Source: Bacteroidales bacterium
GTDB lineage: Bacteria; Bacteroidota; Bacteroidia; Bacteroidales; FEN-979
Assembly (NCBI GenBank): GCA_025355465.1
Contig: JANXZO010000075.1
Coordinates: forward strand, 51,564 to 115,563
Length of the DNA stretch: 64,000 bases
Direction of reading: 5' to 3'
The translations under genes and the position numbers were made by a program. The notes under the pieces were generated by a model that saw only the letters and a program-made list of their open reading frames with translations, was not told the origin of the DNA and did no database searches. The first letter of the stretch is position 1. The number at the start of each line of letters is the position of its first letter. This document shows, piece by piece, positions 1-9,240 of the stretch.

Positions 1-1038
1 AACCTGAAATATTTTATCGAAAACAGCGGTGAAAACACACTGTTCCTGATCGATGAACTGGGCACAGGAACAGATCCCTCGCTGGGGGGTGCTATCGCGG
101 AGGCAACACTTGAGGCGCTCAACGCGAAACATGCCTGCGGGGTGGTAACCACACACTATTCCAATCTTAAGCTGCTGGCTTCACGGGAACCGGGCATTGC
201 CAACGGGGCCATGCTTTTTGACCTTAAACGGTTGAAGCCGCTCTACAAACTGATCAGCGGAAACCCCGGCAGCTCCTTTGCACTTGAGATCGCGAGGGAA
301 ATCGGCTTCCCGGAGGAGGTCCTGGATGAGGCTCAGAAAAAGACCGGGAAGAGCCAGCTCGATTTCGACCGCGAACTGCAGAACCTGGAGGTTGAAAAGG
401 GAGAGGTCGAGAAAAAATCGACGGAATTAAGAGTAGCAGACGATTTTTTAGGAGAGTTGATTTCGAAATATCAGAAGCTGACCGCCGATCTCGAAACCTC
501 CAAAAAGGAGATTCTTGCCAATGCGCGCCGGGAGGCCAAAGACATCCTCGATAATTCAAACAGACTCATCGAAAAAACCATCCGGGAGATCAAGGAGGCC
601 CAGGCCGAAAAAACGAAAACCAAAGAGATCCGCGCAAATCTCCTGGAAGAAAAACAGAGACTTATACCCGGCGACCCGGATTTAAATCCACCGGCTCCGC
701 AGGTTCAAACCATCTCCATTAATTCTTCAGAAAACCGTCCGGTGCGTCATGCCTATGCCGGCTTCCTGGCCGACCTGCAGGCAAAGCACGAGGGTTTCCG
801 GCTCACGCTCGACCTTCGCGGAAAGCGCGTGGATGAAGCCCTTTCGATTCTACAGCGGTATATCGACGATGCCATCCTGCTTTCGATGAGCGAGGTTCGG
901 ATCCTGCATGGGAAAGGCAATGGGGTGCTGCGACAGGTAACGCGCGATTATCTGCATTCGCAAAAAGAGGTAAAATCAGCCCGCGATGAAAACCTCGAAC
1001 AGGGTGGAGCCGGTATAACAATCGTCAATTTTAAATAG
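1..1038 (+). CDS. mutS2: Endonuclease MutS2, C-terminal ~345 aa (5' end lies upstream of the window)
   Basis: Frame 1 is open from base 1 (NLKYFIENSGENTLFLIDELGTGTDP...TTHY, the MutS ATPase region). A coiled-coil middle follows, then a C-terminal Smr domain (LDLRGKRVDEAL...RILHGKGNGVLR). The listed ORF start at 142 is an internal GTG. Confidence 0.9.
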   Translation, partial: NLKYFIENSGENTLFLIDELGTGTDPSLGGAIAEATLEALNAKHACGVVTTHYSNLKLLASREPGIANGAMLFDLKRLKPLYKLISGNPGSSFALEIAREIGFPEEVLDEAQKKTGKSQLDFDRELQNLEVEKGEVEKKSTELRVADDFLGELISKYQKLTADLETSKKEILANARREAKDILDNSNRLIEKTIREIKEAQAEKTKTKEIRANLLEEKQRLIPGDPDLNPPAPQVQTISINSSENRPVRHAYAGFLADLQAKHEGFRLTLDLRGKRVDEALSILQRYIDDAILLSMSEVRILHGKGNGVLRQVTRDYLHSQKEVKSARDENLEQGGAGITIVNFK

Positions 1039-1101
1039 CAGATAATCCAAATTTTATTATTTTTACCCCGGATATATTCATAATTAACCAATATCAGTAT
1101 C

Positions 1102-1434
1102 ATGAAAGCGATAAAATTTAATGAATCCGAGCTCGAATTCTTGAGAAATCATTACGAGATGGAATTAGTCGATGCCGAAAATTACATCGACGACATTAAA
1201 GGGATTCTGAAAAAATTGGGTGTTATTTCGAAAGAGGTTGCTGCCGAAAAGCCTGTAAAAGCCACTAAGAAACGTGGACGCCCCAAGCAGGAAAAGCAAG
1301 TTGTAAAAGTCGAAAAGATTGCTGAGAAAAAGGAGAAGCCGGCAAAAAAAGCAGTTAAAAAAGCCGCTCCGAAAAAGAAAGCCAAGGCAGTTTCAGTACC
1401 TGCTCCTGCAGTGAGTACGCCTAAGGCTGTCTGA
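1102..1434 (+). CDS. Small K/A-rich protein with an AT-hook-like GRP core (histone H1-like tail)
   Basis: ATG at 1102, 110 aa. A compact N-terminal ~40 aa is followed by a K/A/P/E-rich tail (KKRGRPKQEKQ, KKAVKKAAPKKKAKA). No enzymatic motifs. Confidence 0.55.
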   Translation: MKAIKFNESELEFLRNHYEMELVDAENYIDDIKGILKKLGVISKEVAAEKPVKATKKRGRPKQEKQVVKVEKIAEKKEKPAKKAVKKAAPKKKAKAVSVPAPAVSTPKAV

Positions 1435-2191
1435 TACAAAAAACTTCACTCTCTTCATACCTCGATGCAATTGCGATCCGGGTGCCATTGGCATGCCTGC
1501 TGAAGAGTTCATGAACCAGCCGCGGATCGTTGTTCTCTGCCGATAGATGGGAGAGAACCAGGAACTGCATACCGGGGCGCCTGTGGGTGGTGAACAGATC
1601 CAGCGCCTGGTCGTTTGAAAGGTGTCCCTCCATGCTGCGGATCCGTCGTTTCAGGTAAATCGGGTAATGTCCCGTCTCCAGCATCTCCTCGTCGTAGTTG
1701 GCCTCCAGAAAGGCGGCATGGCACTGACCCAGATGGTGTGCCAGGTGTTCGCAAACAGTGCCAATATCCGTAAACACCCCAACGGTAATATCGTTTCCGC
1801 TCACCGTAAAGCTATGCGGCTCCGAGGCATCGTGAAACTTGGGAAAGGGAAACACCTGAAGGCACCCGATGCGCACCACCTCCGACGCGCTGAATCCAAC
1901 CATCAGCTGAGGCTCCAGGTTCAGCCGGCTGCCACGGTAAGTGGCCTCTGTAATATAAACCGGTATCCTGTATTTCCGCGACAACACCTCGGCGCCCCGC
2001 GTGTGGTCGGTGTGCTCATGGGTGATGAAAATCGCTTTTATCTTTTTGATCGACAACCCCATCCTTATCATCCGTCGCTCCGTTTCGCGGCAGGAGATGC
2101 CGGCATCAACAAGCACTGCCTCGTGTTCATTGCCAATGTAATAGCAATTACCGTTGCTTCCGGAGTTGAGCGAGGCGAAATATAGGGACAT
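1421..2191 (-). CDS. MBL-fold metallo-hydrolase
   Basis: The internal ATG at 2191 gives MSLYFASLNSGSNGNCYYIG. HxHxDH motif present (FITHEHTDHTRG), with later His/Asp ligands. The 64 extra upstream codons of the listed ORF look non-coding. Confidence 0.85.
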   Translation of the reverse strand: MSLYFASLNSGSNGNCYYIGNEHEAVLVDAGISCRETERRMIRMGLSIKKIKAIFITHEHTDHTRGAEVLSRKYRIPVYITEATYRGSRLNLEPQLMVGFSASEVVRIGCLQVFPFPKFHDASEPHSFTVSGNDITVGVFTDIGTVCEHLAHHLGQCHAAFLEANYDEEMLETGHYPIYLKRRIRSMEGHLSNDQALDLFTTHRRPGMQFLVLSHLSAENNDPRLVHELFSRHANGTRIAIASRYEESEVFCIRQP

Positions 2192-2261
2192 TTTGCAAAG
2201 AACGAGAAAAAACCTATCTTTGCAAAGACAGCTTACTGCAGTTCCACCCAAATACCCCTTC

Positions 2262-2702
2262 ATGGCGAGTTCACAAGAGACTTTCAACAAACGTGACAAA
2301 GAGAAAAAAAGATTAAAAAAGCGACTCGACAAAGAGCAGAAAACTGCCGAGCGTAAAGCAAATTCACAAGGGGGAGGCAACATGATCGCCTATGTGGATG
2401 AATACGGGCAGATCACCGATACACCCCCCAATCCGGCCAACCGCAAAAAAGTAGATGCAGGCAGCATTGAAATCGGAGTCCCCAAACGCGAAAAGTTAGA
2501 GGCCATGGCCGTACGCACCGGAAAGGTTGAATTTTTCAACTCCGCCAAGGGGTTTGGATTTATCAAAGAGAACGACACCCAGGAGAAATTCTTCGTTCAC
2601 GTAAACAGCCTCACCGAGGAGATCAGGGAAAACGATACGGTAACTTTTGAGATCGAACGTGGTTTTAAAGGCATGAGTGCCGTACGCGTCAAAAAGATCT
2701 GA
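2262..2702 (+). CDS. Cold-shock-domain protein with a basic N-terminal extension
   Basis: ATG at 2262 (MASSQETFNKRDKEKKRLKKR...). C-terminal CSD with RNP-like motifs (GKVEFFNSAKGFGFI, FFVHVNSL). Confidence 0.8.
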   Translation: MASSQETFNKRDKEKKRLKKRLDKEQKTAERKANSQGGGNMIAYVDEYGQITDTPPNPANRKKVDAGSIEIGVPKREKLEAMAVRTGKVEFFNSAKGFGFIKENDTQEKFFVHVNSLTEEIRENDTVTFEIERGFKGMSAVRVKKI

Positions 2703-2797
2703 ACCGGCACACATACCTGTAACATATCCTGAAACATTTCTGTCCCTACGGGTGGGAAACCAACCAAACGATATTCAGGTTCTTGGTATCTTTGCAC

Positions 2798-3601
2798 ATG
2801 GAAAAAATTGTCTGGTGCCTCTTGCTTATCTCCTCCCTGTTCAATGATGAAGTTTTCGGACAACGGCTCAAAGGAAAAGTGATCTCTTACAAAGACTCCT
2901 ACTATCTCGCCGTTGAAAAATACGGAGCCATAAAAAAGGGAGATAAGCTGGATGACGAAATATACCACGATCAGCAGGTAATGCTTGATCAGACCGGAAA
3001 CATCACGGATGTGATCGATTACAATGCCGACGGTACAATAGACTGCCAGTATAAGGGCAGATACGACTTTGCGGATAACAATTTTGAATCCGTTTACATC
3101 CGTTTTTACCCCGAAAAAACAATCGACAGAAAACCATTCATCCTGGGTTCTGTCAACTACAGCCTGGGAAAAATGGCGGAGATGAATTACAAAACCGATA
3201 CCGCCGGCCGGCCGGTTGAGGAGATCATTACCGATGTTTCCGGAAACATACTGTATAAAATTGAGATCAAAAGGAATGCCGCCGGAAACGTGTATGAAGA
3301 GGATTTTTCCGACGGATCGGATTTTCACTATAAATACGATAGCCACGGCAACCGTACAGAGTGGATGTCGCACTCAGGCGGCGACACCACAAGGGCCAAG
3401 ATCAGCTATGATGAGATGGGGAACATTGCTGAAATTAACAAGGATAACTACTTCAAATCCAAGTTCAGATTTCATTATGATGACTTCAGGTATAAATATA
3501 AGTACGATGACCAGGGAAACTGGATCGAACGGATAGATTACCACAATGGGAAGGCCTTAAGAATCGTTCAGCGATCGATTGAGTATAAAAAGGAGGAATA
3601 A
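2798..3601 (+). CDS. Secreted protein with YD-repeat-like motifs
   Basis: ATG at 2798 (MEKIVWCLLLISSLF, a signal-like N-terminus). Recurrent YxYDxxGN-type motifs (YKYDSHGNRTEW, YKYDDQGNWIER, SYDEMGNIAEI). Confidence 0.5.
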   Translation: MEKIVWCLLLISSLFNDEVFGQRLKGKVISYKDSYYLAVEKYGAIKKGDKLDDEIYHDQQVMLDQTGNITDVIDYNADGTIDCQYKGRYDFADNNFESVYIRFYPEKTIDRKPFILGSVNYSLGKMAEMNYKTDTAGRPVEEIITDVSGNILYKIEIKRNAAGNVYEEDFSDGSDFHYKYDSHGNRTEWMSHSGGDTTRAKISYDEMGNIAEINKDNYFKSKFRFHYDDFRYKYKYDDQGNWIERIDYHNGKALRIVQRSIEYKKEE

Positions 3602-3625
3602 CCGGAAGCCGGCCTCATAAAATCC

Positions 3626-4918
3626 TTACTGCCTCTTGTAAGTCCGCTCTCCGTGACAGCCCGGAGCACAGGAACCACCGTTTTGAAGCACCATGAACCG
3701 AATGGGCATCTCCCATTTCCCGTAAATGACCTTTTCTGCGATGAGGTAGGGGTTCTGCGACCCGTGTACGTTATGGCAGTTGCTGCAGTTCCTGTTTTTG
3801 CTTCCCTGGATATGAAGGTAGTGGAGATTCTGTAACCCGTTCCGGAACCCGGTCGCCGTTTCGCTTGTCTGCTGCATGAGCAACGAGGAGTTGTGACAAT
3901 TGAAACAGAGCGGAAAACTCTCCTTTTTATCTGTTGCATAACCGCCTACAGGATACGAGCCGGAAAGGATGGGATGATTGTTTGAGCCATGCGGAATATG
4001 GCAGGATGAGCAGTTCATTTTGGCGATCTTGCCATGGGTATAAGGGCTGTTTTGCAAGAGCTGCCGGATGTTGATCATGGGTTTGTTCTCGGCAGAAACA
4101 GACTTGTTGTGACAGGTAATACAAACTTTTTCCTCCTCTGCGATCAGCAGATTTTTCTCGGCTGATGCATGGGGCGAGTGACAGTTCATACAATTCTTTT
4201 TTACCTTCATCCCCGGATGTGTATGGGTAGATTCGGTAGCTACCGTCATCACATCTTCATGGCAGCCGGCGCAGAGATCCGGGGTCTTTTCCCGAAGCAG
4301 GCGAGGTTCGTCGGAGCTGTGGCCATTATGACAAATCATGCAATTGCGTTGAAAAGGGGCATGCACGGTTAGGGACTCGGTGAGTTGTTTTTGCTGCTCG
4401 TGACAGGTGAAACAGAGGGACGAGTTATCCGATTTCAGAAGTTTCTTGTAGTCGCTTTCGTGTGTGTCATGACAAGCCTGGCAGTTGCCATCGATAACTG
4501 CCTTGTGCTGCGATTTCTTACCGGTCATGTCTACATCATGACATTCAAGGCAGAGGGTGGCTTTGGGGTATTTCAGCAACTTCTCATTGTCGCTGCTGTG
4601 CGCCTCATGGCATCCGAGACATTTGCCTTTCGCAACGGGGGGATGCAGATTCTTTTTCTCATAGGTGTCGTGGCACTGGTAACAAAGCGCCGGCATCTCT
4701 TCCACGAACTTAAATCCCTTAACCCCTGTTGAAGGATGCTGCAACCCATTCGACTCGTGGCAGCTTCCACACTTTTTGGTGGCGGCATGTTTGTTTAGCT
4801 TCTCCAGCACCACGGCGTGGCATTCCAAACAGTTCTCTGCGCCCGGCGCCGGCAGAAAGCCCGTATTCAGGATGGTAAGGGTAGCCAGAAGAAGCAGCAC
4901 AAGCAAGGGTAGTCTCAT
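3626..4918 (-). CDS. Multihaem c-type cytochrome, 14 CXXCH + 1 C-terminal CX3CH (15 predicted haems)
   Basis: Signal peptide MRLPLLVLLLLATLTIL. CXXCH motifs counted by eye: CLECH, CGSCH, CYQCH, CLGCH, CLECH, CQACH, CFTCH, CMICH, CAGCH, CMNCH, CITCH, CSSCH, CFNCH, CSNCH, plus CAPGCH. The ATG overlaps the upstream gene's stop codon (ATGA at 4915-4918). Confidence 0.9.
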   Translation of the reverse strand: MRLPLLVLLLLATLTILNTGFLPAPGAENCLECHAVVLEKLNKHAATKKCGSCHESNGLQHPSTGVKGFKFVEEMPALCYQCHDTYEKKNLHPPVAKGKCLGCHEAHSSDNEKLLKYPKATLCLECHDVDMTGKKSQHKAVIDGNCQACHDTHESDYKKLLKSDNSSLCFTCHEQQKQLTESLTVHAPFQRNCMICHNGHSSDEPRLLREKTPDLCAGCHEDVMTVATESTHTHPGMKVKKNCMNCHSPHASAEKNLLIAEEEKVCITCHNKSVSAENKPMINIRQLLQNSPYTHGKIAKMNCSSCHIPHGSNNHPILSGSYPVGGYATDKKESFPLCFNCHNSSLLMQQTSETATGFRNGLQNLHYLHIQGSKNRNCSNCHNVHGSQNPYLIAEKVIYGKWEMPIRFMVLQNGGSCAPGCHGERTYKRQ

Positions 4919-6882
4919 TTTCGGTGCCAGTTAAAGTTTCGCACGATCTGAACAAATCCTCCGATAAAGTTAGTCTTTTCATGCAGGTAATCGCGTTCAT
5001 ACAGGTTTAAACCAACCTTTACATACATCTGACGGAACAGAAGGGTGTACTGTGCACGTGCCGTGAGCAGGTCGAGGTCGATCTGCTGGCCTACCTGCTT
5101 GCGGTAAGCAATTTCGAGTGAAATGTTACTTTGCGGGTTGAACTGGAATCCAATGTTTCCGATCACATCGATGAACTGCTGCCGTGTGTTGTCGGCGGTG
5201 AGGGTGTAATCCCGCATGGTTCCGTTCAGCGAATAGGTGATCTTGTTAATGATACTGCCCTGTGCCTGCAGCCAGTACCGCATCAGGCGGTAGGGAACAA
5301 TGGTGCTGGCATAATTTTCATATTCAACCCCGCCGCTCAGGAACTTGTACTCCAGCCTGAATCCAAGGGTGGTCTGGGTAAAGTAGTTCAGCGTGAGGTA
5401 ATCGGTAACCTGCAGGTTTGCATACCCCTGGTTGGCCCATTTAGCATAGACCTCTGCCAGGCGACTGAAAAGTGAAACGCTGGCGCTTACCGACTGGAAA
5501 TTCACGTCATATTTATAGGTGCCCGGGAGCATGGCGATATAGTCAACAAACACGGCGGATTTGTCGGGGATCTGTCCGCCCGGCACACGCTGGATCTCCA
5601 GGTGGTTGTTGTGCGGTAACAGCAGGTAGTCGAAATTGAGCTGATAGATGATGGTCCCGGTAACGTCTCTCACCACCACCGTGCTGATGTCGATATAGGC
5701 CTTATCCAGGAGAATAAGTTGTCCGTCAGTCAAAACATGCTGTTCATGTACCACAGGCATCGGAACCTCATCGCTGGTGTGGTTCTGGCGTTGCCAGTTA
5801 TAGGCGTAACCCAGCATAAGCCTCCCTTTTAACCAGATCTGTTTTTCGTAGGTAATATCGATCCCGGCCCGGGGATTATCCTCGCTGTAAAAAGTATGGC
5901 GGATGCGGTTGTACTCAAGGGTTAGTCCGGAACGGAGGCTCTCATACAGCTGGTGACGCAGCGTTACCCGCGCGGCATTCTGATTGAGGGTTTGCGACAC
6001 CCTTGTGTAATCAAGGAAGTTATAGCTCGTGCTGAGCGTGAAACGTTTCGGCAGGTTCAGGTTAAGGCTCTCATCCACCTGGAACCTCCGGAATGCATCG
6101 GAACCATACTGATCAATACCGGTGATGGAAGAGACAAAGTTATAGTTTCGTTTTTTATCAAAAAAGATGTTGTTGATCAGACTCAGGTTATCGGAGATGT
6201 TCCGGGTGGTGGCAATATTCGCATCCTCCCGGGTATAATCATTGCGGGTGTAAACTAGTTGACTGTTGTCGTAAGCAGTGAATGATTTGTCGATGCGTGC
6301 CTGGAGGTTCTTTTGAAGGGTGAGAAAGGTACGGCCGGTGGCGATCTCCGTCTCATACCACTTTCCCTGCAGGTAGGAGGCCTGAAAAGGAACGATCTTG
6401 TTTGACCATGAAAAGTTTCCGCCGAAATTCACCGTGTTTGAACGAATGTTCGACAGGTTCTCCCGGTTGGCGTAAACATCGTTGTAATTGAAAAAGAAAT
6501 TGAAATTGAAGGGTTTCTGGCGGAATAAGGTAATGTTGGCATCCAGTTTTTTCATGGTCACCACTTCGGCCTGGTCGGGGATAACAAGAAAAAGATCCTT
6601 GCCGATGGTAGGGTTGAATTCACCGCCCAGATCGAGGGAGATGAAATTCGGCGTAAAGAAATAACTGCTGGTGTTAAGCAGGATTCCCCCATAAAAACGG
6701 GAGCTTTTCTGGTAGTTGTAGATTTCATTGGAATAGCCTGCCTGGTAACGGTAATCGGCGCCAAGTTTTACGGCTCCGTTTACACTTTGCAGAGCCCAGA
6801 ATCTGCGCGAAACGGAATAGTCATCGGAGTAACCGAGTAACGGCAGAAGCATCAGAATGCATATGATACGCAATCCTTTCAT
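4915..6882 (-). CDS. Outer-membrane beta-barrel protein, porin-like partner of the flanking cytochromes
   Basis: 655 aa with signal peptide MKGLRIICILMLLPLLGYS. No haem motifs. Alternating hydrophobic/polar beta-strand pattern rich in Y/N/G/T throughout, with an aromatic-rich C-terminus (VQIVRNFNW). Translationally coupled to cytochrome genes on both sides. No family assignment is possible without a search. Confidence 0.65.
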   Translation of the reverse strand: MKGLRIICILMLLPLLGYSDDYSVSRRFWALQSVNGAVKLGADYRYQAGYSNEIYNYQKSSRFYGGILLNTSSYFFTPNFISLDLGGEFNPTIGKDLFLVIPDQAEVVTMKKLDANITLFRQKPFNFNFFFNYNDVYANRENLSNIRSNTVNFGGNFSWSNKIVPFQASYLQGKWYETEIATGRTFLTLQKNLQARIDKSFTAYDNSQLVYTRNDYTREDANIATTRNISDNLSLINNIFFDKKRNYNFVSSITGIDQYGSDAFRRFQVDESLNLNLPKRFTLSTSYNFLDYTRVSQTLNQNAARVTLRHQLYESLRSGLTLEYNRIRHTFYSEDNPRAGIDITYEKQIWLKGRLMLGYAYNWQRQNHTSDEVPMPVVHEQHVLTDGQLILLDKAYIDISTVVVRDVTGTIIYQLNFDYLLLPHNNHLEIQRVPGGQIPDKSAVFVDYIAMLPGTYKYDVNFQSVSASVSLFSRLAEVYAKWANQGYANLQVTDYLTLNYFTQTTLGFRLEYKFLSGGVEYENYASTIVPYRLMRYWLQAQGSIINKITYSLNGTMRDYTLTADNTRQQFIDVIGNIGFQFNPQSNISLEIAYRKQVGQQIDLDLLTARAQYTLLFRQMYVKVGLNLYERDYLHEKTNFIGGFVQIVRNFNWHRK

Positions 6883-6883
6883 C

Positions 6884-7447
6884 CTATTCCTTTTCTGTTA
6901 GAAAATATTTGTTGTTGCCGCCATGCGGATTGTGGCACGTCGTACAGGCTGTAGTTCCGAGTTTTTCATGGGCCGGAGTAACGGTCACCCGCGAAGGTTC
7001 ATGGCAGTAATAACACAGCTCCTGGCTGGTGCGTAAAAGCAGCTTCGGATTTTCTGCCGTATGCGGGTTGTGGCAGGCTGTGCAACTTCCGGAGGCTGCC
7101 GGTCCGTGCCCGAATTTGAATTCAAAGACATCGTGACACTGGAAACACAAGCCGGGCATTGGTTCCGTCAGTTTTCCTTTTCTTCCCTGATCGTGGCAAA
7201 GTCCACATTTTTTATTGGCGAACGGGGGATGAGAGGAGTGTTTTGTCGCAGCGGCTACAGCGGCCAGCTCCTGCAATACAATACTGTCTGTTTTTTTTCC
7301 GTTTTGTTTGGCAACCATCCTCAATGAATCATACTCGGGAGGCACTCCGTCGAAAAACACCGTAAGCGTCTTGTGTGAACATCCCAGCAGAAAGGATATC
7401 AGAATCACCATCAGGGAAAAGACGATATTCTTTTTTACAGGGGTCAT
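6884..7447 (-). CDS. Pentahaem c-type cytochrome lipoprotein
   Basis: ATG at 7447 (the listed first M is a GTG). Lipobox LLGC. Five CXXCH motifs (CGLCH, CFQCH, CTACH, CYYCH, CTTCH). The stop lies 1 nt from the barrel gene's start. Confidence 0.85.
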   Translation of the reverse strand: MTPVKKNIVFSLMVILISFLLGCSHKTLTVFFDGVPPEYDSLRMVAKQNGKKTDSIVLQELAAVAAATKHSSHPPFANKKCGLCHDQGRKGKLTEPMPGLCFQCHDVFEFKFGHGPAASGSCTACHNPHTAENPKLLLRTSQELCYYCHEPSRVTVTPAHEKLGTTACTTCHNPHGGNNKYFLTEKE

Positions 7448-7456
7448 CACACTATG

Positions 7457-8527
7457 CTATTTAGGCAAGATTGAACCGTACACATTGACCTTGTCCGGGC
7501 CATACTGGTTGGTTACAAAAATCAGGTAGTTCAGTTTGTACGCAGGATCTACATATTTCTGGAAATACTTCAGGTCATCGTAATCGATTTCGATATGCGC
7601 AGGAAGCCACATGTCGCCGGGGCCTTTATAGGGTCCGCCGAAGAATAAAAGTACCCTGCCCTCACGATCGAAAATCTGCGTATTCTCAAAGCTTGCGTCA
7701 ACCACATAAAGATTTTCCTCCTTGTCGACGGAAATGCCTTTGGGGCGCACAAACTGCCCGGGGCTTGTACCATTGCTTCCGATCGAGCGGAGAAAGTTTC
7801 CTTCGAGGTCGTATACTTTTACCTTGAAGTCGCCAATATCGCTTACATAAACTTTCCCATTGGCAACATAAAGGTTGGCAGGAGAATAGAGGAACCCCGG
7901 CTCGCCCAGTTCCACCCCGGGCAGGGTTTGAAGAAGCGCGTAGGTCTCTTTGCTATACACAAGCACATTGTTGTTTTTGATGTTCGCCACCCAGATCTTG
8001 TCGCCCGAAACACAAACATCGGTGGGTTTGAATTTATCAGTTTCGCCAAATGCATTGAGATATTTGCCGTTCTCGTCAAAAACAACCACCTGAAGGCGCA
8101 CGCCGTCGGCCACATAAAGCCTTCCAGCTGCATCCACATCACAGTTTAAAGGGAGTTTCAGCTTCCCGGGGCCCGGCGGATCAAAATACCTGAACGTGTT
8201 TTTTTCAAGGTCAATGATCTCTATAATTCCAAGACCGGTGTCGCAGATATATATTTTGCCTCCGTGAACGGCGATTCCATAAGGTTTTTTGATCGGCTTC
8301 ACCGGGGATTCACCGAAAATAAACCGTTGCATGGCGGTCTGCTTCCCTGCCGTCTTCTCAGAGCTGCTGAAGGCGGTCAGAAATTGTATCCTGGCTGTGT
8401 CGGGCGGAGTCGGATAGATGATCACATCCTTCACAACCGGAATTTTATTCAGTCGCGGAGAACATCCGGCTGCAAAGAGCAGCATGAATACAGACAAAAG
8501 CGATACGATGATAGGTTTTCTATACAT
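7457..8527 (-). CDS. NHL-repeat six-bladed beta-propeller lipoprotein
   Basis: ATG at 8527 (MYRKPIIVSLLSVFMLLFAAGCSP, with a lipobox). Repeated NHL motifs (GQFVRPKGISVDKEENLYVVDASFENTQIFDREG, GKVYVSDIGDFKVKVYDLEG, and others). Confidence 0.8.
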   Translation of the reverse strand: MYRKPIIVSLLSVFMLLFAAGCSPRLNKIPVVKDVIIYPTPPDTARIQFLTAFSSSEKTAGKQTAMQRFIFGESPVKPIKKPYGIAVHGGKIYICDTGLGIIEIIDLEKNTFRYFDPPGPGKLKLPLNCDVDAAGRLYVADGVRLQVVVFDENGKYLNAFGETDKFKPTDVCVSGDKIWVANIKNNNVLVYSKETYALLQTLPGVELGEPGFLYSPANLYVANGKVYVSDIGDFKVKVYDLEGNFLRSIGSNGTSPGQFVRPKGISVDKEENLYVVDASFENTQIFDREGRVLLFFGGPYKGPGDMWLPAHIEIDYDDLKYFQKYVDPAYKLNYLIFVTNQYGPDKVNVYGSILPK

Positions 8528-8610
8528 GGCGCGGTATTGCAATATGCAATAAAGAGGAGGGGATAAAAGGGGATCCCTTCCTCTTTATCACCAAAAATCG
8601 GGGCGGTGAA

Positions 8611-9240
8611 TTATTTGTTATGACAGGTCAGGCAAAGCGCACTGGCTGCATTGGTCTTCAGCAGCAGATGAGCAATACCTGTACTGTTGTGCACATCGTG
8701 GCAGGATGCACACTCCATTTTGTTGTTGAACAACATGGTGTTGGTGATGGTTCCCGAACCAATGCCCGAAGGATGGGTGGTCGGATTCCAGAGACCAGGG
8801 TCAGCCGCGGCAAGGGCAGCATCGTAAACAAAGGAGATCGGATGATCATTCCTCAGGTCGTTCCCCAGGTTATTGACGCCCGAAATATAATGGGTTCCGT
8901 TTGTTGTTTGACTGAAATTTTCCAGCGCCACCGTGCCGTCGTGACAGCTCAGACAAAGTTTGGAACTTCCGCTTGGCTGGGTGATCGTTGAGGCTCCGTT
9001 GAAAGTCGGACTTGTGTAGAGCTGGAAAGTAGCAATCGTGAGCTGGTGGTTCCACAGCGGTGCATCAGGTACGCTGATGTTTGCATTGTGAGGAGTGTGA
9101 CAGCAAATGCAGATCTCCCCGGTGGTATTCCAGGATTGTGTTGAAAAATCGTGTGAGGAACCTACAATTGTTTGCCCCAAACCAACATTGGCCAAAAGAA
9201 GAAGTGAAGTCAATGCCGTCAGTAGTTTCGTGATTTTCAT
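8611..9240 (-). CDS. Tetrahaem c-type cytochrome (paired-CXXCH type), paralogous to the N-terminus of the 12-haem protein
   Basis: Signal peptide present. Motifs CICCH, CLSCH, CASCH, CLTCH. Collinear similarity to residues ~20-215 of ORF 12489-14168 (QTIV..H..S....EICI.CH.PHN...PLWN, LCLSCHDGT.AL, NDHPISF.YDAALAAAD). Confidence 0.88.
   Translation of the reverse strand: MKITKLLTALTSLLLLANVGLGQTIVGSSHDFSTQSWNTTGEICICCHTPHNANISVPDAPLWNHQLTIATFQLYTSPTFNGASTITQPSGSSKLCLSCHDGTVALENFSQTTNGTHYISGVNNLGNDLRNDHPISFVYDAALAAADPGLWNPTTHPSGIGSGTITNTMLFNNKMECASCHDVHNSTGIAHLLLKTNAASALCLTCHNK

Noticed and set aside
2597-3373. 258-aa minus-strand ORF.
   Set aside because: It is antisense to the csp 3' end and the YD-repeat-like gene. 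Its sequence is hydrophobic and low-complexity with no motifs.
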